Under the pieces are notes generated by a model, which had not been told where the DNA came from, made no database searches, and was given only the letters and a program-made list of their open reading frames with translations. Below are positions 1-9,657 of a DNA stretch of 64,000 nucleotides, piece by piece (positions within the stretch are counted from its first letter, which is position 1; the number at the start of each line of letters is the position of its first letter). Made by a program: the position numbers and the translations under genes. The stretch covers positions 352,001-416,000 of the forward strand of contig CBDFIQ010000001.1 in the NCBI GenBank assembly GCA_965248195.1, read 5' to 3'. Source of the DNA: Longimicrobiales bacterium (GTDB taxonomy: Bacteria > Gemmatimonadota > Gemmatimonadetes > Longimicrobiales > Gaopeijiaceae).

Positions 1-140
1 GGGGCCTCGCGGGTCAGGCCGGTCGAGGCCATCTGCCCTTCGAAGAAGCTGGCGAGAAGCACGCCCCAAAGCAGGTATCCCGTCGCGTAAGCCACAACGC
101 CCCCCACCACGGTCCCGGTCAGCAGTCGCTTCGTGTCCAT
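1..140 (-). CDS. Membrane protein, 5' part (runs off window)
   Basis: ATG at 140 with upstream GGGGA; reads MDTKRLLTGTVVGGVVAYATGYLLWGVLLASFFEG (hydrophobic). Confidence 0.6.
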   Translation of the reverse strand, partial: MDTKRLLTGTVVGGVVAYATGYLLWGVLLASFFEGQMASTGLTREA

Positions 141-284
141 GTGTCCCCCTTTTCGAGCGTTCGATCGTCCCCCTTCCCATCGGATCCACCGCCCAGAACT
201 GCCCGATCAATGGACTGAGTCGGGAGCATACTCGCAAGTGAGAATGACGGATAAGATGGCTCGGAGGCCTGTGTGGTCGCCCCC

Positions 285-1715
285 CTACCGCACGATCTCC
301 CTGACTACGCCATCCCACTTGTTCAACAGAAACACCCGCCCCCCCGGCCCCCGCCCAAAGTGTAGATCTACCCGCGGTGTCGGCTCCCTGCCCTGATCGA
401 CGTTTTTCGCCTGGACCAGCTCGAGCAGCGTCGTGGTGCCTCCGCCATCTCGGAAAAGCACCCTCCGGATCGCGGCTTGTCCGCCACCCCGCAGTCCGTC
501 GGCGGGCACGTGGAAGACCTCGCCGCTCGGCAGGTCGCCCCAGAGCACGCGGTTCGTGAGCTGTGGGATGCGACCGTCCCGGTACGCCACCACGCCGGTG
601 GCCGCCGATCCTGTCTGCAGCAGAGGATCGTTCTGGTCGAACTCGGCCACCGGGTAGGTGATCCACGGCTCCCCCCTCGGGTTCGACAGCTCGACCCGAG
701 TGTTGCTCACCACACGGTAGCTCCCCTCCCACGTGTTCCAGCCCAGGTCGCCGCCGGATGGCACGACGTTGAGCGTCTCGACCACGCTCTGGCCGATGTC
801 GGCCATGAGGAGATCGCCGGTCACCGCGTCCCAGTCGAACCCCTGCGGATTGCGAACGCCCGACGCGTAAATCTCACCCAGGGTGCGGTCGACGCCGTCA
901 CGCGCGTAAGGATTTTCCGCCGGAACGCCGTAGCGCCCGTTCGCGCTGTTGGAGCCCAGCGGGTGGACCCGCAGGATCTTGCCGAACACCGAGCCGAGGT
1001 TCTGCGCAATATCCAACAAGTCGCCCGCCGCGCCGCCGTCCGCCATGCCGATGTACAGCAATCCGAAATCCGGATCGCCCGGCGACGAAGTCGCGTTGAA
1101 GCCCATTCGGCCGCCGTTGTGATTCTCGAAGGGCTGTTCTACGCGGAACAACTCCCTCGGCGGGCCGCCGTCGTACGTGGCGGCTGTCGGGTCGCGTGCC
1201 GTCCACTCGAGGAGGACGATGTCGTGCGTGGCGTCGCCCCCCCCCGGAACGAAGTCGGGCTCCGGAGCCGTGTCGTTCGTGTCGATCCACGTATAGAGCT
1301 TCCCGTATCCCGCGGTGCCGGGCTCGTTGAAGTGCGGATGGAACGCGAAGCTCTGCAGCCCCACTTCCATGATCGGTGCGACCTCGGGCGTCTCCACCTC
1401 GACCTCCCACCTGGATTCGCGGGCGTCGAGGTATCGGGTCACGCTCCCGTCGTAGCTGATCGAGTAGACGAGGCCCCACATGTCGTTGACGAAGAGACGG
1501 CCGGAGCCCGGTTCGTCGACGAGCACCATGGGCCGGGCCGGCGCCCCGTTGATTTCAGGGAGGGTCGCGAACTCCTCGAGCCCGACAATGATCGCGCCCT
1601 CGGATGCCGGGATTGGGTCGGGGAACGGGTCGTTGGAGATCTGAGCGACGGCGGGGCCGGCGATCAGCAATGCTGCGAAAACAGGGCGCATCGTAGCCAA
1701 ATCGGCAGCCGTCAC
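285..1715 (-). CDS. PQQ-dependent sugar (glucose/sorbosone) dehydrogenase family beta-propeller, secreted
   Basis: QPFENHNGG, LYIGMADGG, GKILRVHP, IYASGVRNP motifs; signal peptide; GTG start at 1715 overlaps upstream stop (GTGA). Confidence 0.85.
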   Translation of the reverse strand: MTAADLATMRPVFAALLIAGPAVAQISNDPFPDPIPASEGAIIVGLEEFATLPEINGAPARPMVLVDEPGSGRLFVNDMWGLVYSISYDGSVTRYLDARESRWEVEVETPEVAPIMEVGLQSFAFHPHFNEPGTAGYGKLYTWIDTNDTAPEPDFVPGGGDATHDIVLLEWTARDPTAATYDGGPPRELFRVEQPFENHNGGRMGFNATSSPGDPDFGLLYIGMADGGAAGDLLDIAQNLGSVFGKILRVHPLGSNSANGRYGVPAENPYARDGVDRTLGEIYASGVRNPQGFDWDAVTGDLLMADIGQSVVETLNVVPSGGDLGWNTWEGSYRVVSNTRVELSNPRGEPWITYPVAEFDQNDPLLQTGSAATGVVAYRDGRIPQLTNRVLWGDLPSGEVFHVPADGLRGGGQAAIRRVLFRDGGGTTTLLELVQAKNVDQGREPTPRVDLHFGRGPGGRVFLLNKWDGVVREIVR

Positions 1716-2593
1716 CGGTATTCCTCGTATGCCGCCCTCAACCAGCGCTCCGTGCCATCGCCGGGCTCGGCGTAGCCTCGGGCCGGGTTGGCGGCGACGA
1801 CCTGGTCGGCGGAGCGTCCCCGAGCGATCTGATCCTTGATCCGCCCCCGGATCGTGACGAGCATCATTCTGTACTCCAAGAGGTCCGCTCGCGTGGAGAG
1901 CTGACCGTGGCCGGGGATGATGACGGTGTCGTCGTTGATCAGGCCCGCGATGCTCCACAGCGCCTCGATCATACCGTCCGTCGACCCACCGTTAGGCTGA
2001 TCGATGAAGGGAAGCCCATAACGGACGAACATGTCACCGGTATGGATGACGTTCGAGTCTCGGAAGTACACCTGCGTGTCGCCGTCCGTGTGCCCGGGGC
2101 CCGTGTAAAAGACATCGACCACGTTGTTGTTGTAGTAGAAGCGCATGGACTCCAGGAAGGTGATCTTGGGCAGTCCCACCTCGGAGTAGGCCGCCTGGCG
2201 CCGACCGTTGAGCGACACGATCTGGTCGGTCTCCATGCGTCGCCGGCTGTTGTCGTGAGCCACGATGAGCGCTCCGGCCCGCCCGAAGTTCTCGTTCCCG
2301 TCGGTGTGGTCGTAGTGCCAGTGGGAGTTGACCACGAAGTCGACGGGGTGGTCGGTCAGCTCGGCTATGGCCGCGACGATCTTGTCGGTCAGCGGAGCGA
2401 ACTGGTCGTCGACGATGAACGTTCCGTCGTCACCGATCGAGACGCCGATGTTCCCGCCGCTCCCCTGGAGCATGTAGATGGATTCGGTAATCCTTGTGGT
2501 CTGGATCTGGATGTCGTCGAAGTTCTGGGCCGAGCCCAGGGCGGGGCATACCAAGAGCCCGAGGATGGCGGAGGTCATGCGTCTCAGGTTCAT
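1712..2593 (-). CDS. MBL-fold metallo-hydrolase (cyclase-like), secreted
   Basis: HWHYDH, GHTDGD, HTGD, IPGHG motifs; signal peptide. Confidence 0.9.
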   Translation of the reverse strand: MNLRRMTSAILGLLVCPALGSAQNFDDIQIQTTRITESIYMLQGSGGNIGVSIGDDGTFIVDDQFAPLTDKIVAAIAELTDHPVDFVVNSHWHYDHTDGNENFGRAGALIVAHDNSRRRMETDQIVSLNGRRQAAYSEVGLPKITFLESMRFYYNNNVVDVFYTGPGHTDGDTQVYFRDSNVIHTGDMFVRYGLPFIDQPNGGSTDGMIEALWSIAGLINDDTVIIPGHGQLSTRADLLEYRMMLVTIRGRIKDQIARGRSADQVVAANPARGYAEPGDGTERWLRAAYEEYR

Positions 2594-2767
2594 TTCTCCG
2601 GTTGGCGGGGTGGTCCCACTCGATCGCCGGTCCACTTAGTCGCGGACCAGCGGTATTCTCGCGTGCGACCGGGGGTGGCGCCAGACTAGCCGGACAGCGT
2701 GATAGGGTTCAAACTACGTCGCGAGATATCCAGACGTTGCGCGGTAACCAGGACACGATCCCAACGC

Positions 2768-3661
2768 ATGAAAATCGCGGTAACTGGAGCCAACAGCAGT
2801 GTCGGTCGAAACCTGCTAGCTCATGTTGCCGAAAACGGCGATATCAGTGTCATTGCCGGAGTGCGATCAGAAAGCGCTGCTGCTTCCCTTCCCGCATCAC
2901 CCCAAATCACGGCTCGTATTATTTCTTATGACGATGTTGGCGAGCTGGCCAAGACCATAGAGGGCGCGTCTTGTATTGTGCACCTTGCCGGCATCTTGAT
3001 TGAAAGCAGGGCATCGAGCTATGCCAGTGCCAACTTTGCCGCAACTGCCGCCGTGGTCGAAGCATCCCAGAAAGCGGATGTGCAGCACATCGTTTTCATC
3101 AGTGCACTCGGTGCCAGCTCGAAATCGCCTAACCGATATCTCAGGTCCAAGGGCGAAGCGGAGAGGGCGGTCGCAGATTCAGGGATATCCTCGACCATCC
3201 TTCGAACCCCTATTCTTCTGGGACCGGGCACAGCAGGTGCGACCGCACTCGTCGGAGCGGCAACGCGGCGTAAGGTAAGACTGTTGGGTGGCGGCCGTTC
3301 CTTAATGCGCCCTCTCGATGTAGATGACTTGAGCCGGGCGATTCTGCACATCTTCAAGACTCGGCCGGAGGGAGTCTCCATCCATGAACTGGTTAGACCG
3401 GAGTCCATCCCCTATCGAGAGTTGATAACGCGAGTCGCCGGTATGATGGGGAAAGAACCGTTCATGGGTACGATTCCCCTTTGGATGGCCAAGTTGGGCG
3501 CGGCAATTACCAGTCGCTTGAACGGGGGAGGAATCTCGCCGGCGGTCATCGAGGTCATCACCACCGACGAAGTCGTGCAGAAAAATGCAGACTCCGAAAT
3601 AGGCATCAGCCTGACGCCCTTATCCACAACATTGCAAAAAATCTTATCCAAGAACGAGTAA
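2768..3661 (+). CDS. NAD-dependent epimerase/dehydratase (NDUFA9-like SDR)
   Basis: MKIAVTGANSSVG Rossmann start, HLAG, YLRSKGEAE (YxxxK). Confidence 0.85.
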   Translation: MKIAVTGANSSVGRNLLAHVAENGDISVIAGVRSESAAASLPASPQITARIISYDDVGELAKTIEGASCIVHLAGILIESRASSYASANFAATAAVVEASQKADVQHIVFISALGASSKSPNRYLRSKGEAERAVADSGISSTILRTPILLGPGTAGATALVGAATRRKVRLLGGGRSLMRPLDVDDLSRAILHIFKTRPEGVSIHELVRPESIPYRELITRVAGMMGKEPFMGTIPLWMAKLGAAITSRLNGGGISPAVIEVITTDEVVQKNADSEIGISLTPLSTTLQKILSKNE

Positions 3662-3682
3662 GAGCAAGCCTAAGCAAGAGAT

Positions 3683-4651
3683 ATGACCGAAACAGAAGCC
3701 GACGAGGTGAGCGCACCTCGCAAACCAGGCGCTTTACAGCGCATTGTTTTTCTGGGCATCACTATTCTCTGTTTCGTCTATCTGTACTACCGCCTGAATG
3801 GCGCTGCAGTACGCGAGGGGCTCTCCCTTGTCGATTACATGTCGCAGGTCTTCGCAACGGTCGCCTGGATACCATGGCTGTTACTGATGATCGTGTATTC
3901 CTTTCTGTATTTCTTGATCGACACCCTGGTTGTGACTCGCGCACTCAACTGGTTTATCGCAGAGATAAGGTACGGGGACATCATGCCTATCCGTGCGAGC
4001 GCCTACATCATCTCCATCTTTAATGAGCAGATCGGTAAGGGCGCCATGGCCTACTATCTCAATAAACGAGATCGGGTACCGGGTTGGGAAGTCGGCTCGG
4101 TCATGTTGTTCGTCATGTTTTGCGAAATGTTCTATTTACTGGCCTGGGCCACCATAGGATTCTTCGTAAGTCGTGATTCGCTCCCCGAAGTATTTGGCCT
4201 CATCCCCCCTCTCGCCTTGGGGGCAGCCGTTTTTCTCACCCTATGGATGGTGTACTTCCAGGGTAAGATCTTGCCCAACAACCCGCTGCGGGATAAGCGA
4301 ATCCTCCACGCGTTCAAGTTGGCCAAACCCAGGCACTATGGGGCATTCTTCTTGCTACGCTCACCGGCCTTACTCTCAGCCGTCGTCGTCTATACGATTG
4401 CGCTTAATTTGTTTGGTGTGGACGCTTCCTTTGCCGCATCGCTCGGTTACTTGCCAGTGATTTTTTTTGCGGCCGCGGTACCCACGCCAATGCGCGCTGC
4501 GGCGATCACCTCCTGGGTGATCCTGTTTCCCGAGAATGAGGGACAAATGGCCGCTTTCGGATTCGTCCAGCACAACTTCTTCATTCTGTTCAATGCACTG
4601 ATCGGGCTTCTCTTTTGGCGACGTGCACAGCGCGAGCTGCTCGGTCGGTAA
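3683..4651 (+). CDS. Polytopic membrane protein, lysylphosphatidylglycerol synthase/flippase-like
   Basis: About 8 hydrophobic segments; operon with CDP-alcohol phosphatidyltransferase. Confidence 0.6.
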   Translation: MTETEADEVSAPRKPGALQRIVFLGITILCFVYLYYRLNGAAVREGLSLVDYMSQVFATVAWIPWLLLMIVYSFLYFLIDTLVVTRALNWFIAEIRYGDIMPIRASAYIISIFNEQIGKGAMAYYLNKRDRVPGWEVGSVMLFVMFCEMFYLLAWATIGFFVSRDSLPEVFGLIPPLALGAAVFLTLWMVYFQGKILPNNPLRDKRILHAFKLAKPRHYGAFFLLRSPALLSAVVVYTIALNLFGVDASFAASLGYLPVIFFAAAVPTPMRAAAITSWVILFPENEGQMAAFGFVQHNFFILFNALIGLLFWRRAQRELLGR

Positions 4652-5220
4652 TGGCTTACCTGCTTACCAGCCTTCGATTGTTGTTGGTGGTGCCTGCGGC
4701 ACTGGCCTTCGCGCGATCAGAATTCATTTCACCGATCTTGCTGCTCACGTTGATGAGCGTCGCGATCGCGACGGATTACTTCGACGGAATCGTGGCGCGT
4801 CGGACCAACACCGCGACACCTCGAGGACGACTCTTCGATCACGCCACCGATTTCTTGTTTGTCACTTCCGGACTTGCAGGTGCCGCTATCGCGGGTCAGG
4901 TAACCGCCGCTCTACCCATACTCATTGTGGTGGCATTTTCACAATACGTGCTGGATTCCTATTTTCTCCATCGTGAAAAGCGCTTACGCATGAGTTTTCT
5001 CGGGCGCTGGAACGGTATTCTTTATTTTGTGCCTTTGGTGCTAATTGCGGTGTCGCGCCTTGGGTTCACGGCAAACGTTGCCGAAGGATTTTCCACACTG
5101 ATCGTCCTATTGAGCTATCTGCTGCTCCTCTCTACGATAGCGTCAATCATGGATCGGGCTGTTGCACCCCGGCGGGCTCATCAATTGAGCGACTCTCCGT
5201 CCACGTACGGCATCACGTAG
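4651..5220 (+). CDS. CDP-alcohol phosphatidyltransferase family protein
   Basis: TDYFDGIVARRTNTATPRGRLFDHATD matches DxxDGxxAR...GxxxDxxxD; TAATG coupling. Confidence 0.92.
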   Translation: MAYLLTSLRLLLVVPAALAFARSEFISPILLLTLMSVAIATDYFDGIVARRTNTATPRGRLFDHATDFLFVTSGLAGAAIAGQVTAALPILIVVAFSQYVLDSYFLHREKRLRMSFLGRWNGILYFVPLVLIAVSRLGFTANVAEGFSTLIVLLSYLLLLSTIASIMDRAVAPRRAHQLSDSPSTYGIT

Positions 5221-5248
5221 AAAGCGAGTAGGACGGAAAGGCCTACGC

Positions 5249-5605
5249 TCAGGCGAAACCTACCTCTGCGAGGGCGTTGCCCAGCGCCTCGGGGCCGACG
5301 GGCTTGCTGATCAGAGCGTCGGCACCCGCGCGCTTCGCAGCGTGGAGTCGGTCCGGGCCTCCAGCGGATACTGCGATGACTTTCGCGTCAGGGTACAACG
5401 ATTGCAACGCCTCGATGAACTCCAACCCGTCCACACGAGGCATCTCAATATCGGTAATGACGAGCTCGATGTCCTTCCTCAGGTACTTCTTGAAGGCCTC
5501 CTCACCATCCGAGGCAAGATGGACCTCGTGACCCAATTGTTCGACGAGACCTTTCATAATGGCCATATCCGTCGGCTCATCGTCGACAATGAGTATACGC
5601 GTCAC
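5249..5605 (-). CDS. Single-domain response regulator (CheY-like)
   Basis: ILIVDDE, ITDIEMPRVDG, SKP motifs. Confidence 0.9.
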   Translation of the reverse strand: MTRILIVDDEPTDMAIMKGLVEQLGHEVHLASDGEEAFKKYLRKDIELVITDIEMPRVDGLEFIEALQSLYPDAKVIAVSAGGPDRLHAAKRAGADALISKPVGPEALGNALAEVGFA

Positions 5606-5725
5606 GATACCACCATCCTTGGCCCATCCTATGGGGGGCAGCTTGGCCCGGCATGACCAAACAAGAGGGAGGATCATACTTCGGCGACTCTGCCCGCGCA
5701 AAGCCGCCACAGCCCTGCGTATCGG

Positions 5726-6106
5726 CTACCCGATCGCGTCGCTGCGCCCTCGGCGCTCTTCAAATTCGGGCAAGGTGAGAGTGTAGTCCTTTCCCCGCCA
5801 GTCGTCCTCGAGCTCGACACCCAGGCCATCGGCCAGGCGATTGACGTAGTTGTAGTAGGAGGCCACCTGACAAATATCGAGAATGGCGGCGGGGTCGAAT
5901 CCCACCTCGCGGAGGCGTTCGACATCCCCCTCACCCACTTTCCACGGCGTCAGGGTCAACTTCAACGCGTAGTCGAGCATCGCCCGGTCCTCAACTTCCA
6001 GATCGGCCTCGCGATGGTCGCGGGCGAGGGCCCTAGATAGCTCGGGGTTTTGCGTGAGCCTACGGAGTCCCGCTCCGTGATGGTTGATTCAGTAGAAGCA
6101 CTCGTT
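5726..6106 (-). pseudogene. AhpD/peroxidase-related selenoprotein, 3' part; 5' part removed by prophage insertion
   Basis: Frame of ORF 5726..5980 extends upstream as NECFY(TGA 6091-6089)INHHGAGLRRL...AMLDYALKLT...YNYVNRLADGLG, i.e. the AhpD CxxC motif as CxxU; in-frame TAG at 6109-6107 marks the junction. Confidence 0.85.
6059..6083 (-). promoter_or_regulatory. Bacterial SECIS-like hairpin
   Basis: 10 nt after the UGA: ACGGAG-CGGGA-CUCCGU, 6-bp stem with G-rich loop. Confidence 0.7.
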
Positions 6107-6170
6107 CTACCACAATCGAGCAAATACAACACTGTATGGCATGGCTTATGGCAAACCGTTGTTTTTGCTG

Positions 6171-7439
6171 TCACCCCTGGATCCTCTTTTCGATGTACTG
6201 AACGGCGGCCCGGTAGGTGTCAGGAATAAGGTGGGCGTAGGTCTCCTCGACGACCTTGGTCGTGTCACCTAGCAGGGTGGCGATCACATTGAGCGGAACG
6301 CCGTCCTGTGCCAGCCATGAGGCGTAAGTGTGACGACCCGAATGCAGCGTGAGCCCGTCGCCCTCCCTCCCGTACTTGATCCCGGCCAGCTCGAAGGCGT
6401 CCTGGGCCCAGCGAGCCGAGGTGCCGGCCGTCACAGGCTGGTCCCCGCGATGAGGGCTCACAATCAAGTACCGCTCCCCGGCATAGCCTCTGCGGAGGTG
6501 GTCTTCGATGATCGTGACGAGGCTCTCGGTGATTGGAACGTCCCTTTCACCGCGCCGCGTCTTCGGCCTCCAGGGATAGGCATCCTTGCGGGACTGGACG
6601 CGGATGAGCGGTTCGGGGCTCTCCAGGAGCACATCCACGTCGGTGCGCAGATGTAGGATCTCGCCTTGGCGCAGTCCGGCGAGGAACGCAATCGCGATCA
6701 TCGCCCGGCTGGGGATCCCAAGCATACCGCGGTCCAGGTCCACCCACTCCGGTGGAGTCAGGAACACAGCCCGTGTGGGCCGGATCTCGGGCATCTCGAC
6801 GCCCTTCCAGGGGTTGCTACGGATCGCAGGCTGTACGTTGCGGCGAGCGAGCAAGTCGGCCTCCTCGTCCATGACCATGCTCCAGAGTGCCCCGCACACG
6901 ACCTGGCAAGCCCCTTGGCTGGCAGGTGCCCACGGACGCCCCGCTGTGCTGGCTTTCGGGCCGTGCAGGTACGCGCGCGCCTCGTCGACCGTCAGCTCTT
7001 CCATAGGGAAGTCCGAGCCAACGTCTCTCTCAAGGTTCCCGAGAACCGTACGATACTTCTTGATGGTGGACCGACTGCGTGTCGCCTCTTTGAGCCTCAG
7101 GAACCTCTCGACGGCCGGCCCGAGCCGTGGCGAGTCGGAGCCCATGCGCCGCAGCTTGGTGGCGTCGCCGTTACGTAGCGCGGCCTGAGCGTCGGTGATG
7201 TGCATGTCGCCACGGCGGATCGCCTCGAGCACGTTCCAGTCGCCACGATCCATGAGCTGAGTCAGGACGGTATGGCGCTCGGTGGCCACATCCTGATCGC
7301 CGGTCCTGAGCGAGATCGCCAGGCGGCCGCCCTTGAACCGCGAGTGCCTACGGTCGAAGTAGGCGCGGCCAGCTCGCCATACGAGGCCCTTGGGGGCACG
7401 TGAGCGCTTTCTAGGGCCCACTGCCCACGAGCTCCTCAC
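6171..7439 (-). CDS. int: Tyrosine recombinase/phage integrase
   Basis: GLRQGEI (R), KT, HSGRHTYAS (HxxR), LLGD, YAH catalytic Tyr; start uncertain. Confidence 0.93.
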   Translation of the reverse strand: MRSSWAVGPRKRSRAPKGLVWRAGRAYFDRRHSRFKGGRLAISLRTGDQDVATERHTVLTQLMDRGDWNVLEAIRRGDMHITDAQAALRNGDATKLRRMGSDSPRLGPAVERFLRLKEATRSRSTIKKYRTVLGNLERDVGSDFPMEELTVDEARAYLHGPKASTAGRPWAPASQGACQVVCGALWSMVMDEEADLLARRNVQPAIRSNPWKGVEMPEIRPTRAVFLTPPEWVDLDRGMLGIPSRAMIAIAFLAGLRQGEILHLRTDVDVLLESPEPLIRVQSRKDAYPWRPKTRRGERDVPITESLVTIIEDHLRRGYAGERYLIVSPHRGDQPVTAGTSARWAQDAFELAGIKYGREGDGLTLHSGRHTYASWLAQDGVPLNVIATLLGDTTKVVEETYAHLIPDTYRAAVQYIEKRIQG

Positions 7440-7653
7440 ACTCTTGGACGAAGCGATCGACAGCCTTCGGCGAGATTCGGTAGTGCGCCTTGCCAGAGCG
7501 CGACACGTTTAGGACCCCGGGGGGCTTCAGGTGGCCTTCGTGGATCATCTTGAGTACGAAGCCGGTGGACATCCCGCCGATGCGCTCGCCCGCCTGTTCC
7601 GTGCTGAGCCAGTTGTACTCCGCATCGTACTGCTCCAGGGTCTTCGTTCTCAT
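7411..7653 (-). CDS. xis: Excisionase-like HTH protein
   Basis: WLSTEQAGERIG...HYRISPKAVDRF (HTH_17-like); directly upstream of int. Confidence 0.75.
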   Translation of the reverse strand: MRTKTLEQYDAEYNWLSTEQAGERIGGMSTGFVLKMIHEGHLKPPGVLNVSRSGKAHYRISPKAVDRFVQECEELVGSGP

Positions 7654-8351
7654 CTCACCACGCCCCTTACGGCTTCAGTAGCCCAGGGAGCCGGGCGCAC
7701 GATCCGCTCCTCCGCGCCCAGCTCCATCATCCGCCGGAACAGAAGGACCGCGCTGTCTTGCAACGCGAGCTTGGTGCGCTCCAGCATGTCCCTGGCAGCG
7801 TCCCAGGCAGAGTCCCTGGCAGCGGTCCAGGCAGCGGCCCAGGCACCGGCAGCGTCCCCGGCAGCGGCCCTGGCAGCGTCCCCGGCAGCGGCCGCCGACT
7901 TGCGGGCGGTATCCAACACCTCCTGCGCACCCCAGAGCGTAGCGGCGTCCGCGATCTCGGGGAGCGCCTGCAGGCCGTCGGCCTCCGTGTCCAGCCGAGC
8001 CAGCCGCAGCCATGCAGGCGTATAGGTACGGACGATCCAATCCATCGCCATGAAGCCGCGAGCCTCGGCGTGGCCATCGCTCGCCGTGCCGACGAGCGCC
8101 GGAATGAGTGGCTTCAGCCGTTGCCGCCGCTCGACGTCCAGACGGTCGTTGAGGCCGCGCCCGAACGCACCGAGCACCGGGCATACGCAATTCGGTCCAT
8201 CGCTGTGCGGCTCGCGCGCCAGCCATGCGACGGCCTCCATGAGGCACACCCCTTCGTCCGGGCTCTGGTGCGATCCATTTTCCAGCCTCAAGCGCCCGAA
8301 GTCTTCCGCGCTCCGCCAGAACCACGGTTCGTTACGTGTCTCTCTCATCAT
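7650..8351 (-). CDS. Conserved phage hypothetical protein with Ala-rich repeats
   Basis: GSHQSPDEGVCLMEAVAW...HSDGPNCVCPVL; AAGDAARAA repeats. Confidence 0.7.
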   Translation of the reverse strand: MMRETRNEPWFWRSAEDFGRLRLENGSHQSPDEGVCLMEAVAWLAREPHSDGPNCVCPVLGAFGRGLNDRLDVERRQRLKPLIPALVGTASDGHAEARGFMAMDWIVRTYTPAWLRLARLDTEADGLQALPEIADAATLWGAQEVLDTARKSAAAAGDAARAAAGDAAGAWAAAWTAARDSAWDAARDMLERTKLALQDSAVLLFRRMMELGAEERIVRPAPWATEAVRGVVR

Positions 8352-8684
8352 TACACTCCTTTGTGTACAGTTCGCCCCCACCCGCGAGCCCGAGCCCATT
8401 CATGGGTCTATGTTCTCCGCCACGGCCCTAGAGCCGCCCACGCCGCGTCGACGGCGTGGCGGTGAGCACCCGGTCCGGGTTGTCGGCACTGAACGCCTCA
8501 CGCATCTCGCCGACGGTCAACTCGCCGGATCCGACTGTGACGGCCACGTGGGTGTCGTCGGGGAGACCGGACAGCATCTCGGCGATCGTCATCAGAACTC
8601 CAAGCCCACCAACGTGGGCGCGTGAACCTTCCACCCCCAGATCGCCGCCCACGGTGTCTGAGGACTCGACCGGCTGTAGCTGAA

Positions 8685-8756
8685 TAGCGGGGGGCGGACT
8701 CGAACCGCCGACCTTCGGGTTATGGGCCCGACGAGCTACCGCTGCTCTACCCCGCA
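8685..8756 (-). tRNA. tRNA-Met(CAT), initiator (fMet) type
   Basis: TGCGGGG..GAGC/GCTC D-stem, TCGGG-CCCATAA-CCCGA anticodon arm with three G-C pairs, GTTCGA T-loop, 1:72 mismatch; CCA not encoded. Confidence 0.92.
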
Positions 8757-8769
8757 TATATTTCACCGC

Positions 8770-9642
8770 TTAGGCCCCGATGGCCTTCTTCTGCAGGTCC
8801 TTGATTGCGGCACGGACGCCGGGGCCGTCCTCGTCCTTGATCAGCTGCTCGAAGCGCTCCGCATCCTCGAGCTCGACGTCGTACTTATCCATGAGTTTGC
8901 GGAGCTTCTCGATCTCCTTCGACGTTGGGGGGGAGGCACCCTCTTCCTCTGCCGGCACCTCCTTCTCTTCAACGACGGTGGCCAAGGGGACATCCTCGCC
9001 GTCGAGCGCGGCAGCCAGGTCCTTCACTCGGTCCTACGCGCTAGGCCCGATGTCTTCGACCTCATCGGCCGTGTACATCCCGAGCCCGATCTCAGGGCAG
9101 TAGACGCGCGTCCAGAAGCCGCCGGCCCGGTACATGAGCATCTGCTCGGGCATTGTCTTCCACTTGCTGCCGCCCTTCTCATACCAGCCCTCGGCCTTCG
9201 CCAGTGCGATCGTGATGAGAGCACCTACACACTCATCTCCGCCGTCCTTGTCGACGGCCACCGCTCGGCACCCCCAGTCGTCCGAGCCCTCCGTGCCCTC
9301 GAACCGGAAGCGCAGCGGCGAGAACCGGCCCGAAGCGTTCACCGTGGCAATCAAGAACTTCGACCTCCAGGCCGGGCGGCCGTGGATGATGTCTAGGTTC
9401 TGCATCACCATGAACACCGACGCGCCGGTGCGGTTGGCCAGCTCCATGGCGATGAGGCAGTTCGGGAGGTTGTCCTGGTACTCCTTGGGGACCAACGAGC
9501 TTTTTGTGAGCGCCATCCCCATCCGCTGTGCAGCCTCGAAGTTGCCCTCGCTGGCGAAAGCTCCAATCGCTCCGCCCTCGTCGGCTAGGGTTTGGAATTC
9601 GTACCCGTCCGCTCTTGTGGCCACTGCTGTTGCGTCATCCAT
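8770..9642 (-). pseudogene. RecT-like ssDNA annealing protein with in-frame amber stop at 9036-9034
   Basis: NCLIAMELANR...VMQNLDIIHGRP...MPEQMLMYRA; ORFs 9034..9642 and 8770..9027 share a frame, separated by one TAG. Confidence 0.7.
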
Positions 9643-9657
9643 CGTTCAACTCCCGGT

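Noticed and set aside
477..1775. Long antisense ORFs (also 1907-2689, 32831-34288, 58108-59067)
   Set aside because: Shadows of well-supported genes in GC-rich DNA, with no motifs
5962..6174. 70-aa ORF spanning the left junction
   Set aside because: Out of frame with the AhpD remnant and crosses the att arm; no recognisable features
8685..8756. tRNA-Met as the integration site
   Set aside because: It lies inside the early operon and no duplicated tRNA 3' end was seen
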